Source of the DNA: Candidatus Latescibacterota bacterium
Lineage (GTDB): Bacteria; Latescibacterota; UBA2968; UBA8231
Length of the DNA: 64,000 bases
Direction of reading: 5' to 3'
Assembly: GCA_965217585.1 (NCBI GenBank)
Contig: OZ244561.1
Coordinates: 1,824,001-1,888,000 of the forward strand
The translations under genes were made by a program, and so were the position numbers. The notes below the pieces were generated by a model. That model was not told where the DNA came from, did not search any database, and saw only the letters and a list, made by a program, of their open reading frames with translations. Positions 1 through 9,986 of the stretch are shown piece by piece. The stretch's first letter is position 1. The number at the start of each line of letters is the position of its first letter.

Positions 1-218
1 CTTTCCAGCTCTACCACAGCCTGATGCTGGTGCAGGAATACGGAGTCTGGGACAAGCTGCTCTTTGGCAGCGACTATCCCTTTACAGCGATCGACGCCTC
101 CATTGAGGGTCTGTACGGATTGAACAAAATGCTCGATGGCACGGCCCTGCCGCGCTTGGACGAGCGCGAGATCGACGCTTTAATCCATCGCGATAGCCTC
201 GACATTTTGGGGCTTTAA
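1..218 (+). CDS. Amidohydrolase family protein, C-terminal part (5' truncated by window edge)
   Basis: KLLFGSDYPF motif typical of the amidohydro_2 C-terminus; frame is open to the window start. Confidence 0.8.
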   Translation, partial: FQLYHSLMLVQEYGVWDKLLFGSDYPFTAIDASIEGLYGLNKMLDGTALPRLDEREIDALIHRDSLDILGL

Positions 219-297
219 GGCTTGCGCCGGATCGCTTTTCCTCATTATGCTAGCTCTATCTCCCCACCTACCCACCCCTTCCCAAAGGAGTCGCTCT

Positions 298-2340
298 ATG
301 AAGCGTCTACTTTTCAGTGCGTTGTCCCTCTTCCTCGTCGGCGCACCCGTGGTGGCCGATGATGAAGCGGATGTCTATGAAATGGGAGAATTGATCATCA
401 CCGGCTCCAAGCTGCCGCAGACGCCGGGGAATGTGACCCAGAAAATCTCCATTATCACCGCCGATGAGATGAGCTCTTTAGTCCTCGGCAACGGCAACCT
501 AGCGGAGGTTCTCTCGTACAGCCCGGGCAACTTCGCCAACGTCCTCTCCCGCAATGACGCCAACTGGGGCTCTTCCGGCGGTCTGGCGCACACCTACAAG
601 GGGTACATGCTCGACGGCCTGCCAATTGACTCCTTCGTCGATCTCCAGAGCCTCGATTCGTGGGCCTTCCAGCGGATCGAAGACCAGCGCGGCTCGGCCT
701 CGGTGCTCTATCCGACCTATTTGGCCATGGACTTCGCCGGCAACCAGTCGCCGCTGGCGGGGACGGCCAACTTTATCCTCAAGGAGCGCGTCGAGAGCAC
801 CCGCACCAGAGCCTCGGCGTACTACGGCTCCTACAACACCATCGGCGGGCGCTTCTTCCACCAGCGCGCCGCCGGCAACCTGCACCTCTTCTTCGGAGGG
901 CACCACGAAGACTCGGACTATACCTACTACGGCACCTTCGACGACGACGGCAACAGAAACTCCTGGCTCAACATGCTTGAGGACGATTCCCCGAACTACG
1001 AGAAAACCAAGATGTACATGCGGGGAACTTACTTCCTCAACGACAGCGGCCAGCGGGCCTCCCTCTACGCTCACCGCACCTGGCACACCGGCGACGGCGG
1101 CCGTCCGAACCGGGACTTCGGCCACACCTATACCACCCTGAACGCCGGGTACACGAACCCGATCTCCGACAAGGCCACCCTCCAAGCCAAGGTCGGCTAC
1201 CGCGACTACGTGCGTCGCTGGGAGGAAGACAACTTCGCTCGCGATTCTCTTGGGGTGGTCATCCCCGAAAGCCTCGCCCTGCGCTCGGAGGACGGCGTCG
1301 ACCAGTCGGTGATGCCGGCCGATCTCTCCGTCTCGGTCATCACCCGTGATTCGGACGTGCTCACCGTAGGCGCCGACTACCAGCGCGCCTCGTACAAGAA
1401 CACGTCAGAGTCCGGGGTGCTGACCACCAACAACGACGGCACCGCCAACGCCCTCGGCTTCTACGCCCAGGAGGAGTTCCGCTTGAACGCGCTCATCCTG
1501 CGGGCCGGGGGGCGCTACACCAGCATCTCCCACGACATCGAGCTGTTGAGTGGCGCTCCTCCGGGAGAAGAGAGCAACTCCTGGAACAAGTTCCTCTACA
1601 GCGCCGGGGCGCGCTACAACCAAAGCGACGACCTCTCGGTGTTCACCAACATCGGCACCAGCTTCAAGGCTCCTTCCCAGAAGTCGGTTGGCGGCACCGT
1701 CCCCCTGGGTAGCACGGACAGCGGCCATCTTCCGAATCCGGACATCAAGCCGGAATCGGGGACCAGCATCGACCTGGGCATGAACTACCGGCCCATGGAG
1801 GGCCTCCAGGTCGGCGTGCGCGGTTTCAACATCGTCATTGACGACCAGATCGTGCAGCGGGCAGTGCCTGACGCCCCCCAGTCGCAAGACATTAACGCCG
1901 GCAACACCGCGACCAACGGGGTGGAGTTGGAGGTCACCCACCGCCTCGACAACAGGGTGGAGTGGTTCGCCAACTACACCTATACCAACGCCGAGGTGAA
2001 GGAGCACGAGGATGAGAGCAAGGTCGGTGCCAAAATCAACTTCGTGCCCGAGAGCGTCATCGGTGCCGGTGTCCACCTGACCCTGGCACAGGGCCTGCGG
2101 GCGACGATCACGGCGCAGTCCTACAGCGGCATCTACTCGGACATCAACAAGGATTCCGATCCTTTCGACGGGTACGTCCTGGTGAACGCCCACATCCAGT
2201 ACGGCGTCCGCACCCAGGACGGGTACGACCTGAGTCTCTATCTCGAACCGTACAACATCACCAACCAGACCTTCGAGATGCCGTGGCAGTTTCAAGACAC
2301 TGGCTTCTCGGTCAATGGCGGCCTGATGGTCTCCTTCTAG
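298..2340 (+). CDS. TonB-dependent outer membrane receptor
   Basis: AAGGAG RBS before ATG298; signal peptide; plug region (LIITGSK...ISIITADE, QRIEDQRGSASVLY); NPDIKPE motif; C-terminal Phe. Confidence 0.92.
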   Translation: MKRLLFSALSLFLVGAPVVADDEADVYEMGELIITGSKLPQTPGNVTQKISIITADEMSSLVLGNGNLAEVLSYSPGNFANVLSRNDANWGSSGGLAHTYKGYMLDGLPIDSFVDLQSLDSWAFQRIEDQRGSASVLYPTYLAMDFAGNQSPLAGTANFILKERVESTRTRASAYYGSYNTIGGRFFHQRAAGNLHLFFGGHHEDSDYTYYGTFDDDGNRNSWLNMLEDDSPNYEKTKMYMRGTYFLNDSGQRASLYAHRTWHTGDGGRPNRDFGHTYTTLNAGYTNPISDKATLQAKVGYRDYVRRWEEDNFARDSLGVVIPESLALRSEDGVDQSVMPADLSVSVITRDSDVLTVGADYQRASYKNTSESGVLTTNNDGTANALGFYAQEEFRLNALILRAGGRYTSISHDIELLSGAPPGEESNSWNKFLYSAGARYNQSDDLSVFTNIGTSFKAPSQKSVGGTVPLGSTDSGHLPNPDIKPESGTSIDLGMNYRPMEGLQVGVRGFNIVIDDQIVQRAVPDAPQSQDINAGNTATNGVELEVTHRLDNRVEWFANYTYTNAEVKEHEDESKVGAKINFVPESVIGAGVHLTLAQGLRATITAQSYSGIYSDINKDSDPFDGYVLVNAHIQYGVRTQDGYDLSLYLEPYNITNQTFEMPWQFQDTGFSVNGGLMVSF

Positions 2341-2343
2341 CCG

Positions 2344-3429
2344 ATGTCCGCTGTAGTTGGCTCTGCGGTGGTCCCTCCAACGAGGGTGGCCACCGCAGAG
2401 CGCCAGCGTCTCGTATTCTTCTTCCTGCTTCTCGCTTTCCTGCTCGCCGGTGCTCCGGCTCTCGCAGAAGGTGTGGCGGCCACGGACTTTCGCGGTCGCC
2501 GCATCGAACTGGACAAGCCGGCCGAGCGCATCATCTGCCTGCTCGAAAGCGCCCTCAGCGGCCTCTACATGCTCGGGGCTGAATCGCGTCTCGTCGGCAT
2601 TTCGACCAATATCTACCAAGAAAGCGTCTTCCCGTACTACGCGGCTATGGACGCACGCATCCGCGAGCGCACCCTGCCGACGCCGGGGAACTGGGACTTC
2701 GTCAACATCGAGAGCATGGTAGCGCTGCAGCCGGACCTAGTCATCCTTTGGTCGGGTCAGGAGGAGTCCATCGCCGCCCTCGAAGAGAAGGGGATCCCGG
2801 TCTTCGGGGTCTTTATCGAGCGCTTTGCGGACATTTACCGCGAGATCGTCGCCCTCGGCGAGCTGACCGGCACTCAGGAGCGAGCTGCCGAACTCCTCGC
2901 TATTGCCCAAGAGGAATTGGAGGCGGTGGAGCGCAAGACCGCCCTTGGCGAAGGAGAAGCCAAGCCGCGCGTGTACTTCATGTGGGACCAAGGGCCGCTG
3001 GAGACGGCCGGCCGCAACAGCACCGTGCAGGAGCTGATTGATCTGGCCGGGGGAACCAACGTGGCGGGCGACAGCGAGCTAGAGCACCTCGTCGTCAACC
3101 TCGAAAACGTCCTCGTCTGGAATCCAGAGCTGATCGTCATGTGGTGCAACGACCGGCTCGATGCCGAGGACATCGGCGAGCTGTCCGGTTGGCGCTCGCT
3201 CTCGGCGGTGCGCAGCGGTCAGGTACGCGAATTGCCCGATCCCTTCTCCTGCGACTTCTGGACCCTCAAGTACATCTTCACAGTTGATCTCGTCGCCCGC
3301 TGGTGCCATCCAGACCGCTTTTCCGCAAGAGACGTGGAAGACCTGCGAGGCGGCCTGCTGAACAAGCTGTACGGGGGGCGGCTCGGGGAGCTACCGCCGC
3401 TCTCTCTCGGAAAGGGAGAGCGGCCGTGA
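2344..3429 (+). CDS. ABC transporter substrate-binding protein, BtuF/FepB (Peripla_BP_2) family
   Basis: TDFRGRRIEL..PAERII, NIESMVALQPDLVI, LAGGTNV and NPELIV motifs; operon context. Confidence 0.9.
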   Translation: MSAVVGSAVVPPTRVATAERQRLVFFFLLLAFLLAGAPALAEGVAATDFRGRRIELDKPAERIICLLESALSGLYMLGAESRLVGISTNIYQESVFPYYAAMDARIRERTLPTPGNWDFVNIESMVALQPDLVILWSGQEESIAALEEKGIPVFGVFIERFADIYREIVALGELTGTQERAAELLAIAQEELEAVERKTALGEGEAKPRVYFMWDQGPLETAGRNSTVQELIDLAGGTNVAGDSELEHLVVNLENVLVWNPELIVMWCNDRLDAEDIGELSGWRSLSAVRSGQVRELPDPFSCDFWTLKYIFTVDLVARWCHPDRFSARDVEDLRGGLLNKLYGGRLGELPPLSLGKGERP

Positions 3430-4433
3430 ATAGCGCGTTCCGCCGCCGCCTTATTTACGCCCTGCCGCTGCCGATCCTCTTCGGCTCCTTGCTGCTCGGC
3501 CCTTCGGCCAGCGCCGAGGCGGGAAAGATTCTCGTCTGGCTCTACGGCCTGCTCTTTCGCGAAACGGCCGCCAGCCCCGAAGAAGCGCTGGTGGGGACGA
3601 TCGTGTGGGAGGTGCGCCTGCCGCGCATTCTCCTCACCTTTCTGGTGGGCGGTGCCTTGGCCGCGGCCGGCAACGCCTTACAGGCAATGTTTCGCAACCC
3701 TCTCGTGGCCCCCTACATCCTCGGTCTTTCCTCCGGTGCCGCCTTTGGCGCAGCGCTAGCGCTGGTCCTGCCGTTCCTGCCGATCCAGCCGACGGCCTTC
3801 GGCTTTGGCCTGCTCGCCGTGGGCTTGGCCTACTTCTTGGCCCGCACCCGCAAGACCGTGTCGGTGGTCTCCCTCATTCTCTCGGGGGTGATCGTCACCG
3901 GGATCTTCACCGCTCTGCTGACCATCGTCCAGTTCCTCACCGACCCCTACAAGCTGCAAACCATCGTCCACTGGACCATGGGCAACCTGCACAATTCGAG
4001 TTGGGCCAAGCTGCGCTCCGCGGCCCCAGGGGTGGGCATCGGCGTGATCTGGCTCTTCCTCTTCCGCTGGCGCATGAACGTGCTAGCCCAAGGCGACGAA
4101 GAAGCCCGCGCGGTCGGCCTGAACCCGGAGCGGGAGCGGGTGCTGATCCTCATTCCAGCGACCTTGGCCGCTTCGGCGGCGATTGCCGTGGCTGGCGTCA
4201 TCGGCATGATTGGCCTCGCCGTACCGCACATGGTGCGCATGATGCTGGGGCCGGACAACCGCCACACCCTGCCGGCCTCCTTTGCTTTTGGCGGGGCCTT
4301 TCTGCTGCTGGTCGATACCTGCTCGCGCACATTGGCCTCCTTTGAAATTCCGGTCGGGGTCTTCACCACCCTGCTCGGCGGGCCGTTCTTCATCTTCCTC
4401 CTCAAAAAGGCGCGAATCGGATGGGAGACCTAG
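3426..4433 (+). CDS. ABC transporter permease, FecCD/BtuC family
   Basis: GTG start overlapping upstream TGA; RLPRILL, FRNPLV, GDEEARAVG and EIPVGVFT motifs. Confidence 0.93.
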   Translation: MNSAFRRRLIYALPLPILFGSLLLGPSASAEAGKILVWLYGLLFRETAASPEEALVGTIVWEVRLPRILLTFLVGGALAAAGNALQAMFRNPLVAPYILGLSSGAAFGAALALVLPFLPIQPTAFGFGLLAVGLAYFLARTRKTVSVVSLILSGVIVTGIFTALLTIVQFLTDPYKLQTIVHWTMGNLHNSSWAKLRSAAPGVGIGVIWLFLFRWRMNVLAQGDEEARAVGLNPERERVLILIPATLAASAAIAVAGVIGMIGLAVPHMVRMMLGPDNRHTLPASFAFGGAFLLLVDTCSRTLASFEIPVGVFTTLLGGPFFIFLLKKARIGWET

Positions 4434-5194
4434 CGCCTGCCATCCAAGTCGAGAAGCTCTCCTTTGCCTACGAAGGGAGGCCGATCCTCAACGAGATCTC
4501 GCTGGAGATCCCGACTGGGCAGTTTACCGTTCTGCTCGGCAAGAACGGCAGCGGCAAATCGACGCTCATGCGCATTCTCGGCGGTCTGCTCGACTTCGAG
4601 CGCGGCAAAGTGCATATCATGGGAGAGGAAATCCGCTCCTTCTCATCCCGGCGGCGGGCCCGCGTCCTCGGCTATCTGCCCCAACACCACCGGCCGGTCT
4701 TCCCCTTTTCCGTGCAGGACGTGGTCCTGACCGGCCGCGCTAGCTACGTCACCTACGTCCCCAAGCAGGAGGACGTGGAGATCGGCATCGCCGCGCTGGA
4801 AAGAGTCGGCATTATCCACCTGAAGGAGCGCCCGTACACCGAGCTGTCGGGGGGGGAACAACAGCTCGTCCGCATCGCCCGGGTTCTGGCCCAGCAGCCC
4901 CGTCTCATCCTCCTCGACGAGCCGAGTTCGCACCTCGACTTCCTCAATCAAGCGCACCTGCTGCGCCTGATCCGCGAGTTGGTCGATGCCGACCTCACCG
5001 TCCTCGCCGTCCTGCACGACCCCAACAGCGCCTTCCTGTATGGGGACCACTTCATTTTCCTCAAGGATGGTGTGGTGGAGCGGCTATCAGCGGCCGAGCG
5101 GCCGTGGGACCGCGACTTTCTGGAGCGGATCTACGACACTGAGATGGATTCAATCCCCTATGGCGACCGCGCCTTCGTGGTGCCGAAGGGGTAA
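4421..5194 (+). CDS. ABC transporter ATP-binding protein (FepC/BtuD-like)
   Basis: Walker A GKNGSGKS, LSGGEQQ signature, Walker B LLDEP, HD switch. Confidence 0.95.
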   Translation: MGDLAPAIQVEKLSFAYEGRPILNEISLEIPTGQFTVLLGKNGSGKSTLMRILGGLLDFERGKVHIMGEEIRSFSSRRRARVLGYLPQHHRPVFPFSVQDVVLTGRASYVTYVPKQEDVEIGIAALERVGIIHLKERPYTELSGGEQQLVRIARVLAQQPRLILLDEPSSHLDFLNQAHLLRLIRELVDADLTVLAVLHDPNSAFLYGDHFIFLKDGVVERLSAAERPWDRDFLERIYDTEMDSIPYGDRAFVVPKG

Positions 5195-5201
5195 GCAGCC
5201 A

Positions 5202-6278
5202 TTAGCCGCTGTGCAGGATTATATCGCGGTCGTCGCCGCTCAGCGGCAGCTCGATCCAAGCACCGCCAGCGCGGTGGGAGGCGTGAAAGGCAATGATCGC
5301 CTCCAAGGTACGCACGGCTTCCCCCGCATCGTAGGAGAAGGATTTCTCCCCGTCGAGCCAATTGACGATCTCGGCAATGGCCCGGTCCATGCCGCTGTCC
5401 GGGGAATCGTCGGGCAGGCACTCGCGCTCGTCGCCGCGCACGATCTCAATGTCGCGGTTGCGGCAGATGGCGTAGCCCTCGGTGCCGTGGAAGCGGTGGC
5501 GCGGCAGCGCGGTGCCGTAGTCGGCAGCATCAACGGTGCAGATCAAGTCGCCCGACGGCGCGCCATCGGCCGCAGGCAAATCGCGTCCCAGTCTCAGCAG
5601 GCCCCAGCCGCCGGGATCGCTGAAGTCGTCGCCGCGACAGTCGAGTTTCCCCGACAGGTCGAGGGTGCCGGAGACGGCGGTCACCGGCAAGCCGGTGACC
5701 ATCTGCACGGCGTCGATCATGTGCGTACCGACGTTGCCGAGGCGGCCAGAGGTCCACTGGAGCGAGGCCGAGGTCAAGGTGCCGAGGGCACCGGAGACGA
5801 TGCGGTCGCGCAGCACCCGATAGCCGGGGTGGAAGCGCAGGTTGTGGTTGATGACGAGCAGGGCACCGGCCTTGTTGCAGGCAGACAACATGCCCTCGGC
5901 CTCGGCGACCGTCGCCGCAATGGGCTTCTCGCAGTAGATGGCGCGGGCACCGACTTCTACTGCTGCTTGGGTAATCTCGGCGTGGGCGGGGGTGTACGTG
6001 GCGACCGAGACGATGTCGAGGGGCGCGGCTGCGCGGAGCATCTCGCGCCAGTCGGCGAACACGGGCACACCGTAGCGCGCGTGGAAGCGCTCGCGCCGCC
6101 CGTCGTCGCGGCTGCTGCCAGCGACTAGATCAACCTGGTCGTGGTTGCGCAGTGCCCCCACGTGCGTGCCGTCGAGATCCTCGACGAGCTGGCCGAGGGC
6201 GTCGCCCGAGACCTGGTCCGCACCCCCGATAAAACCCAATCCCACGATCGCTGCACGGTATTTCGTTTCTCCTGCCAT
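5202..6278 (-). CDS. Gfo/Idh/MocA family oxidoreductase
   Basis: GLGFIG Rossmann motif, CEKPIA motif; AGGAGG RBS before ATG6278. Confidence 0.9.
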   Translation of the reverse strand: MAGETKYRAAIVGLGFIGGADQVSGDALGQLVEDLDGTHVGALRNHDQVDLVAGSSRDDGRRERFHARYGVPVFADWREMLRAAAPLDIVSVATYTPAHAEITQAAVEVGARAIYCEKPIAATVAEAEGMLSACNKAGALLVINHNLRFHPGYRVLRDRIVSGALGTLTSASLQWTSGRLGNVGTHMIDAVQMVTGLPVTAVSGTLDLSGKLDCRGDDFSDPGGWGLLRLGRDLPAADGAPSGDLICTVDAADYGTALPRHRFHGTEGYAICRNRDIEIVRGDERECLPDDSPDSGMDRAIAEIVNWLDGEKSFSYDAGEAVRTLEAIIAFHASHRAGGAWIELPLSGDDRDIILHSG

Positions 6279-6307
6279 GGTATTCCTCCTAGGCGTTGCT
6301 CCAAGCA

Positions 6308-7456
6308 TCAAATCCCGAGGCCAAGCACGCGCGCACAGGTCCCGCCCATGATCGCAGCCAGATCCTCGGCCGAGAGGAACTCACAGTAGTCCTCGATCCA
6401 GCGGCGCGACTGGCGATAGGTGCAAAAACGGTTCTGGAAGGGCATGTCAGTACCCCACAGCAGCCGCTCGGCACCGATGCGCTCGACCATCTGCTCAAGC
6501 GTCGGCCATAGCTCGCGGTACGGGTAGTCGAACAAGTCGCCGAGACGCACTGGGAAGCAGACCTCCAAGCTCAGGTTCGGATTGTCGAAGGGGACCCATA
6601 TCTCGTCGGGCAGTTCGATCCGACTCGGGGAGCCGGCAGGCTCGTCGTCGAGGAAGAGACGCCACGGGAAGCCGTGCGTAAGGCTGCACAGCACGTCCGG
6701 GTAGCGCTTCATCCAGCGCACCAAGATGTCGAGCTCGGCCAAGTAGCCGCGACGCTGGCTTTCCACGGTCTGCAACACCGACGCTTCGCCCGGCCCGGTG
6801 CCGAGCGTGAAGAACACGGGAACGCCGAGCGCGGCCACCGCCTCCCAGAAAGGACGCAGGTGCTCTCCGTCCCACGGGTCGGAGCGGTAGTAATAGGCGT
6901 GGGGCGGGTTAAACTTGATGGCGTGCAGGCCGTGTTTCTCGACGGCGGCGACAGTCTCGGCGATGACGGCATCGAGTTCGCCGACCAAGCGCCACTCATC
7001 GACGGGGGCCATCGAATAGATACGCTCTGGATCGACGGCGACCGATTCCGCCTGGAAGGCGGGATCGCGGCCCAGCATGGCATCGACGTGCAACAGAACC
7101 TTATCGACGCCAGCGTAGTCCATCTCGGCCAGCAGGTTGTGGGGCGTGCACTCCAAGTGGGGCAAGTTGGGCGGATAGAACTGCTTGGTAAAGTCCTCGC
7201 CGTCAATCGTCCACAACACCCGTCCCTTGTCGTGGTCAACGCGGAAGTTGACGTCGGGCAGGTTGTCGAAGTCCATGGCCCCACCGGGAGCTGCCAGCAC
7301 ATCCGAAGAGGCCGGTGCGCGGTCGCGGATGCGCCAAGCAGGCTGGTGGTGAGAGGCCTGACTGCCCTGAACCCACCGGAGGTGATCAGCAGCAGCAGGG
7401 TGGCCGGCGGGGGAGTCGGCGGGGGGGAAGCAGTAGGCGTGGGAGTCGATAATCAT
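6308..7456 (-). CDS. Amidohydrolase family protein
   Basis: N-terminal IIDSHAY and C-terminal LLWGTDMPF motifs. Confidence 0.88.
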   Translation of the reverse strand: MIIDSHAYCFPPADSPAGHPAAADHLRWVQGSQASHHQPAWRIRDRAPASSDVLAAPGGAMDFDNLPDVNFRVDHDKGRVLWTIDGEDFTKQFYPPNLPHLECTPHNLLAEMDYAGVDKVLLHVDAMLGRDPAFQAESVAVDPERIYSMAPVDEWRLVGELDAVIAETVAAVEKHGLHAIKFNPPHAYYYRSDPWDGEHLRPFWEAVAALGVPVFFTLGTGPGEASVLQTVESQRRGYLAELDILVRWMKRYPDVLCSLTHGFPWRLFLDDEPAGSPSRIELPDEIWVPFDNPNLSLEVCFPVRLGDLFDYPYRELWPTLEQMVERIGAERLLWGTDMPFQNRFCTYRQSRRWIEDYCEFLSAEDLAAIMGGTCARVLGLGI

Positions 7457-7486
7457 GGGCAGTGCCTTGTCAGTCGCGGCCGGAGG

Positions 7487-8425
7487 TCACGAGAGCTCTC
7501 GCGCAAATTCGTAGGTCCAATCGACGACCCGAAAACCGTGGTTGGTGTAAAACAGGAAGGCGCGGTCGTTGTCAAAAGCGGTGCTGATAGCACCGTGGCG
7601 ATAGCCGCGCTCGCGCGCCAAGTACATGGCGTGTGCCAGCAGGAAGCGTCCGAGGCCGCGGCCCTGGTGCTTCTCTTCCACGCCGAGCCACTCGCAGAAC
7701 GCGAAGTCGTGGGCCTCGTCGGCAGCGGAGGATTCGGCACCGCTGATCAACTCGCACTCGCCGATGCCGTCGCCATCCTGAACGGCCTGAAGCCGCAATC
7801 CCGGTCGGGAACCGGCCCCGGGGCAATCCTCGACGCGCAGCTCGTAGTCGAGGCCGCTAGAATCGCCAACCAGCTTCGGCTGCATGTCTAGCCAGTCGAG
7901 AAACACCTCGCCGCCGGTCTTGGTGTAGCCGCGGAAGCGCAGCAGGGCCTGCACGTGGTCGAGGTGATCGGATAGGTAGGCGTGGGGGAAGGCATAAAAC
8001 GGGTACCGCCAAGGTTGTGGCATGACGACGCTGCGCCGCAGATCCCGTTCGCGCATCCAAGATTCGGCGGCCGCCAGCAGCGCATCGCCCACGGCGCGCT
8101 CGCCGCGACGGTAGGCGAGGAAGCGGATCACGCCGATCTCGTTTTTCTGCCACTTGTTCGTCGCTTGGCGGCCAACATGGACGAACCCATCGCCACCTGA
8201 GTCTGCCACGAGGACAGCCTGCTCCAGAAGCTGCGGCTCGGCCTCACCTGTCTGCAGCGTTTCGTCTAGAGAAGATGGCGTCACCAGACCTGCCTGCAGC
8301 GTTTCGTCCAGAGAGGATGACATCACCGACCAGCAGTGGGGAACGCGGCCAACAACCAACGAATTGTAAAGGTCGAGGATGCGGGACAGGTCGTCCGGAG
8401 AGTAGGGTCGAATCGCGATTTTCAT
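7487..8425 (-). CDS. GNAT family N-acetyltransferase (tandem GNAT-like domains)
   Basis: Acetyl-CoA motif VEEKHQGRGLGRFLL; FYTNHGF. Confidence 0.85.
   Translation of the reverse strand: MKIAIRPYSPDDLSRILDLYNSLVVGRVPHCWSVMSSSLDETLQAGLVTPSSLDETLQTGEAEPQLLEQAVLVADSGGDGFVHVGRQATNKWQKNEIGVIRFLAYRRGERAVGDALLAAAESWMRERDLRRSVVMPQPWRYPFYAFPHAYLSDHLDHVQALLRFRGYTKTGGEVFLDWLDMQPKLVGDSSGLDYELRVEDCPGAGSRPGLRLQAVQDGDGIGECELISGAESSAADEAHDFAFCEWLGVEEKHQGRGLGRFLLAHAMYLARERGYRHGAISTAFDNDRAFLFYTNHGFRVVDWTYEFARELS
8246..8327. repeat. Imperfect 42-bp tandem duplication inside the GNAT gene
   Basis: acctg(t/c)ctgcagcgtttcgtc(t/c)agaga(a/g)gatg... twice with period 42; encodes SSLDETLQ twice. Confidence 0.85.
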
Positions 8426-8830
8426 GGCCAGCGAGAAAGGAGGTCGAGCGCGGCTTTGGCTCGCGTGAAACGCATGGGTATCAACACGATGCAGTCGTTT
8501 CTCCTAGGCACATCGAAATATCTGTGCCCATAAGGCAAAAACGGCTTTGGAAAGTTATGGAACGCTTATCCTGTGAGTACGGGGATACAAGGAAGAGTAT
8601 ATCTCTTAGAGAGTCAACCACCGCGCCCGAAAAGAGGCGACCCCGGTACCCCTAATTCAGCACGTGCGGGTGCCAGATCGAGCGCAGCTTGACCCACTAT
8701 CAGAAACGCCGTTTATTCGGTCCGATTCACTGTCGCCTCCAACCTTACCCAACCACGGCTCCCAACACCTCAAGACATTCTCTGCGCCGAAATCACCCGC
8801 CGGGTCACCCCCATACCGTGGAGGAAAACC

Positions 8831-9850
8831 ATGTCCGTAAAACGAGCGATACAGCTCATACTACTAGCACTAGTAGCGATGGCGATTGCAGTCCCGGCTT
8901 GGGGGGATGAAATCCACGAATCGGGACGGCTGCCAGAGGTCGGCGCTGAGGAGGGGGAAACGGACGCCCTCAGCGATATATTGCGCTCTGAAGAGCTGAG
9001 CCTAGGTCTGATCGCAGGGGCGTTGGCGCTGGCCCTTTTTCTTGGCGCGGCCCACGGCCTAGAGCCGGGACACGGCAAGACCATCGTTGCCGCCTATCTC
9101 ATCGGCTCGCGCGGCACGGTAGGCAATGCCCTTTTCCTCGGCGGGATAGTCACCTTCACGCATACTTTCAGCGTCATCCTGTTGGGCTTAGTGGCGCTCT
9201 TTGCTTCCCAGTACATCCTTCCCGAACAAATTTTCCCCTATCTCGGCACAGCGTCCGGTCTCCTAATCATAGGCCTAGGCACATGGCTTTTGGTCAATCA
9301 TCTCAGGGGACGAGGCTTTGGACACAGCCACGAAGAAGAGCACCACGGACACCACGATCACCCTCATGAAGAAGAGCACCACCACGATCACCCTCATGAA
9401 GAAGAGCACCACCACGATCACCCTCATGAAGAAGAGCACCACCACGATCACCCTCATGGGGAGCACCACCACAGCCATGAAGAAGAGCACCACGGCCACA
9501 GCCATGAGATACCCAGCAAAGTGACCCTCGGCAGTTTACTAACCTTGGGGATTTCCGGCGGTATCGTGCCTTGTCCAGGAGCGTTGGTGATCCTGTTGCT
9601 GGCCGTAGCCCTGCATCGCATTGCCTTTGGCTTGCTGCTTTTGGTGGCTTTCAGCGTCGGGCTAGCCGCAATCCTAATCGCCATCGGCGTGCTCATCGTC
9701 AAGGCGAGACCGCTCGTGGAGCGCTTCTCGGGTGACGGCCGCTGGATTCAGCGGCTACCCATTGCGAGTGCCGTGGTCATCATCGTCGTCGGCTGCGCCA
9801 TAACCCTCAGAACGCTGATGGACTCAGGGATTATTCTCATCAATGTATAG
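8831..9850 (+). CDS. RcnA/NiCoT-family nickel/cobalt transporter with His-rich loop
   Basis: HGLEPGHGKT, HTFSV and GIVPCPGA motifs; His/Glu-rich loop; GGAGG RBS. Confidence 0.88.
   Translation: MSVKRAIQLILLALVAMAIAVPAWGDEIHESGRLPEVGAEEGETDALSDILRSEELSLGLIAGALALALFLGAAHGLEPGHGKTIVAAYLIGSRGTVGNALFLGGIVTFTHTFSVILLGLVALFASQYILPEQIFPYLGTASGLLIIGLGTWLLVNHLRGRGFGHSHEEEHHGHHDHPHEEEHHHDHPHEEEHHHDHPHEEEHHHDHPHGEHHHSHEEEHHGHSHEIPSKVTLGSLLTLGISGGIVPCPGALVILLLAVALHRIAFGLLLLVAFSVGLAAILIAIGVLIVKARPLVERFSGDGRWIQRLPIASAVVIIVVGCAITLRTLMDSGIILINV
9350..9458. repeat. Perfect 30-bp tandem repeat (about 3.6 copies) encoding HHDHPHEEEH
   Basis: caccacgatcaccctcatgaagaagagcac repeated in frame; degenerate copies extend 9323-9508. 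Confidence 0.95.
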
Positions 9851-9931
9851 CGGAAGCGCCCATTGCACTTGGCGCTGATCCCCGCTCGAGGTTGCCAGAG
9901 GGAAATGAAGCCCAATCCCAGTCCCTCACAC

Positions 9932-9968
9932 AAAAAAAGGGGAACCTCTCAAGGAGGTTCCCCTTTTT
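9932..9968. terminator. Bidirectional rho-independent terminator
   Basis: aaaaaaaggggaacctc-tcaag-gaggttccccttttt hairpin with A and T tracts, between the convergent transporter and gltD genes. Confidence 0.9.
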
Positions 9969-9986
9969 CGTACAACCTATTGCCGC

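Noticed and set aside
4986-7891. Long plus-strand ORFs 4986-6128 and 6674-7891 (and similar antisense ORFs such as 1405-2619 and 36457-37494)
   Set aside because: Shadow frames opposite well-supported genes in high-GC DNA; no recognisable motifs
8430-8830. NiCo or other riboswitch, or RcnR/CsoR operator, upstream of the metal transporter
   Set aside because: Only short imperfect hairpins and palindromes; no convincing consensus by eye (an Rfam scan would be decisive)
9350-9458. 30-bp repeats as a CRISPR array
   Set aside because: Contiguous tandem copies with no spacers, in frame within a CDS; no cas genes
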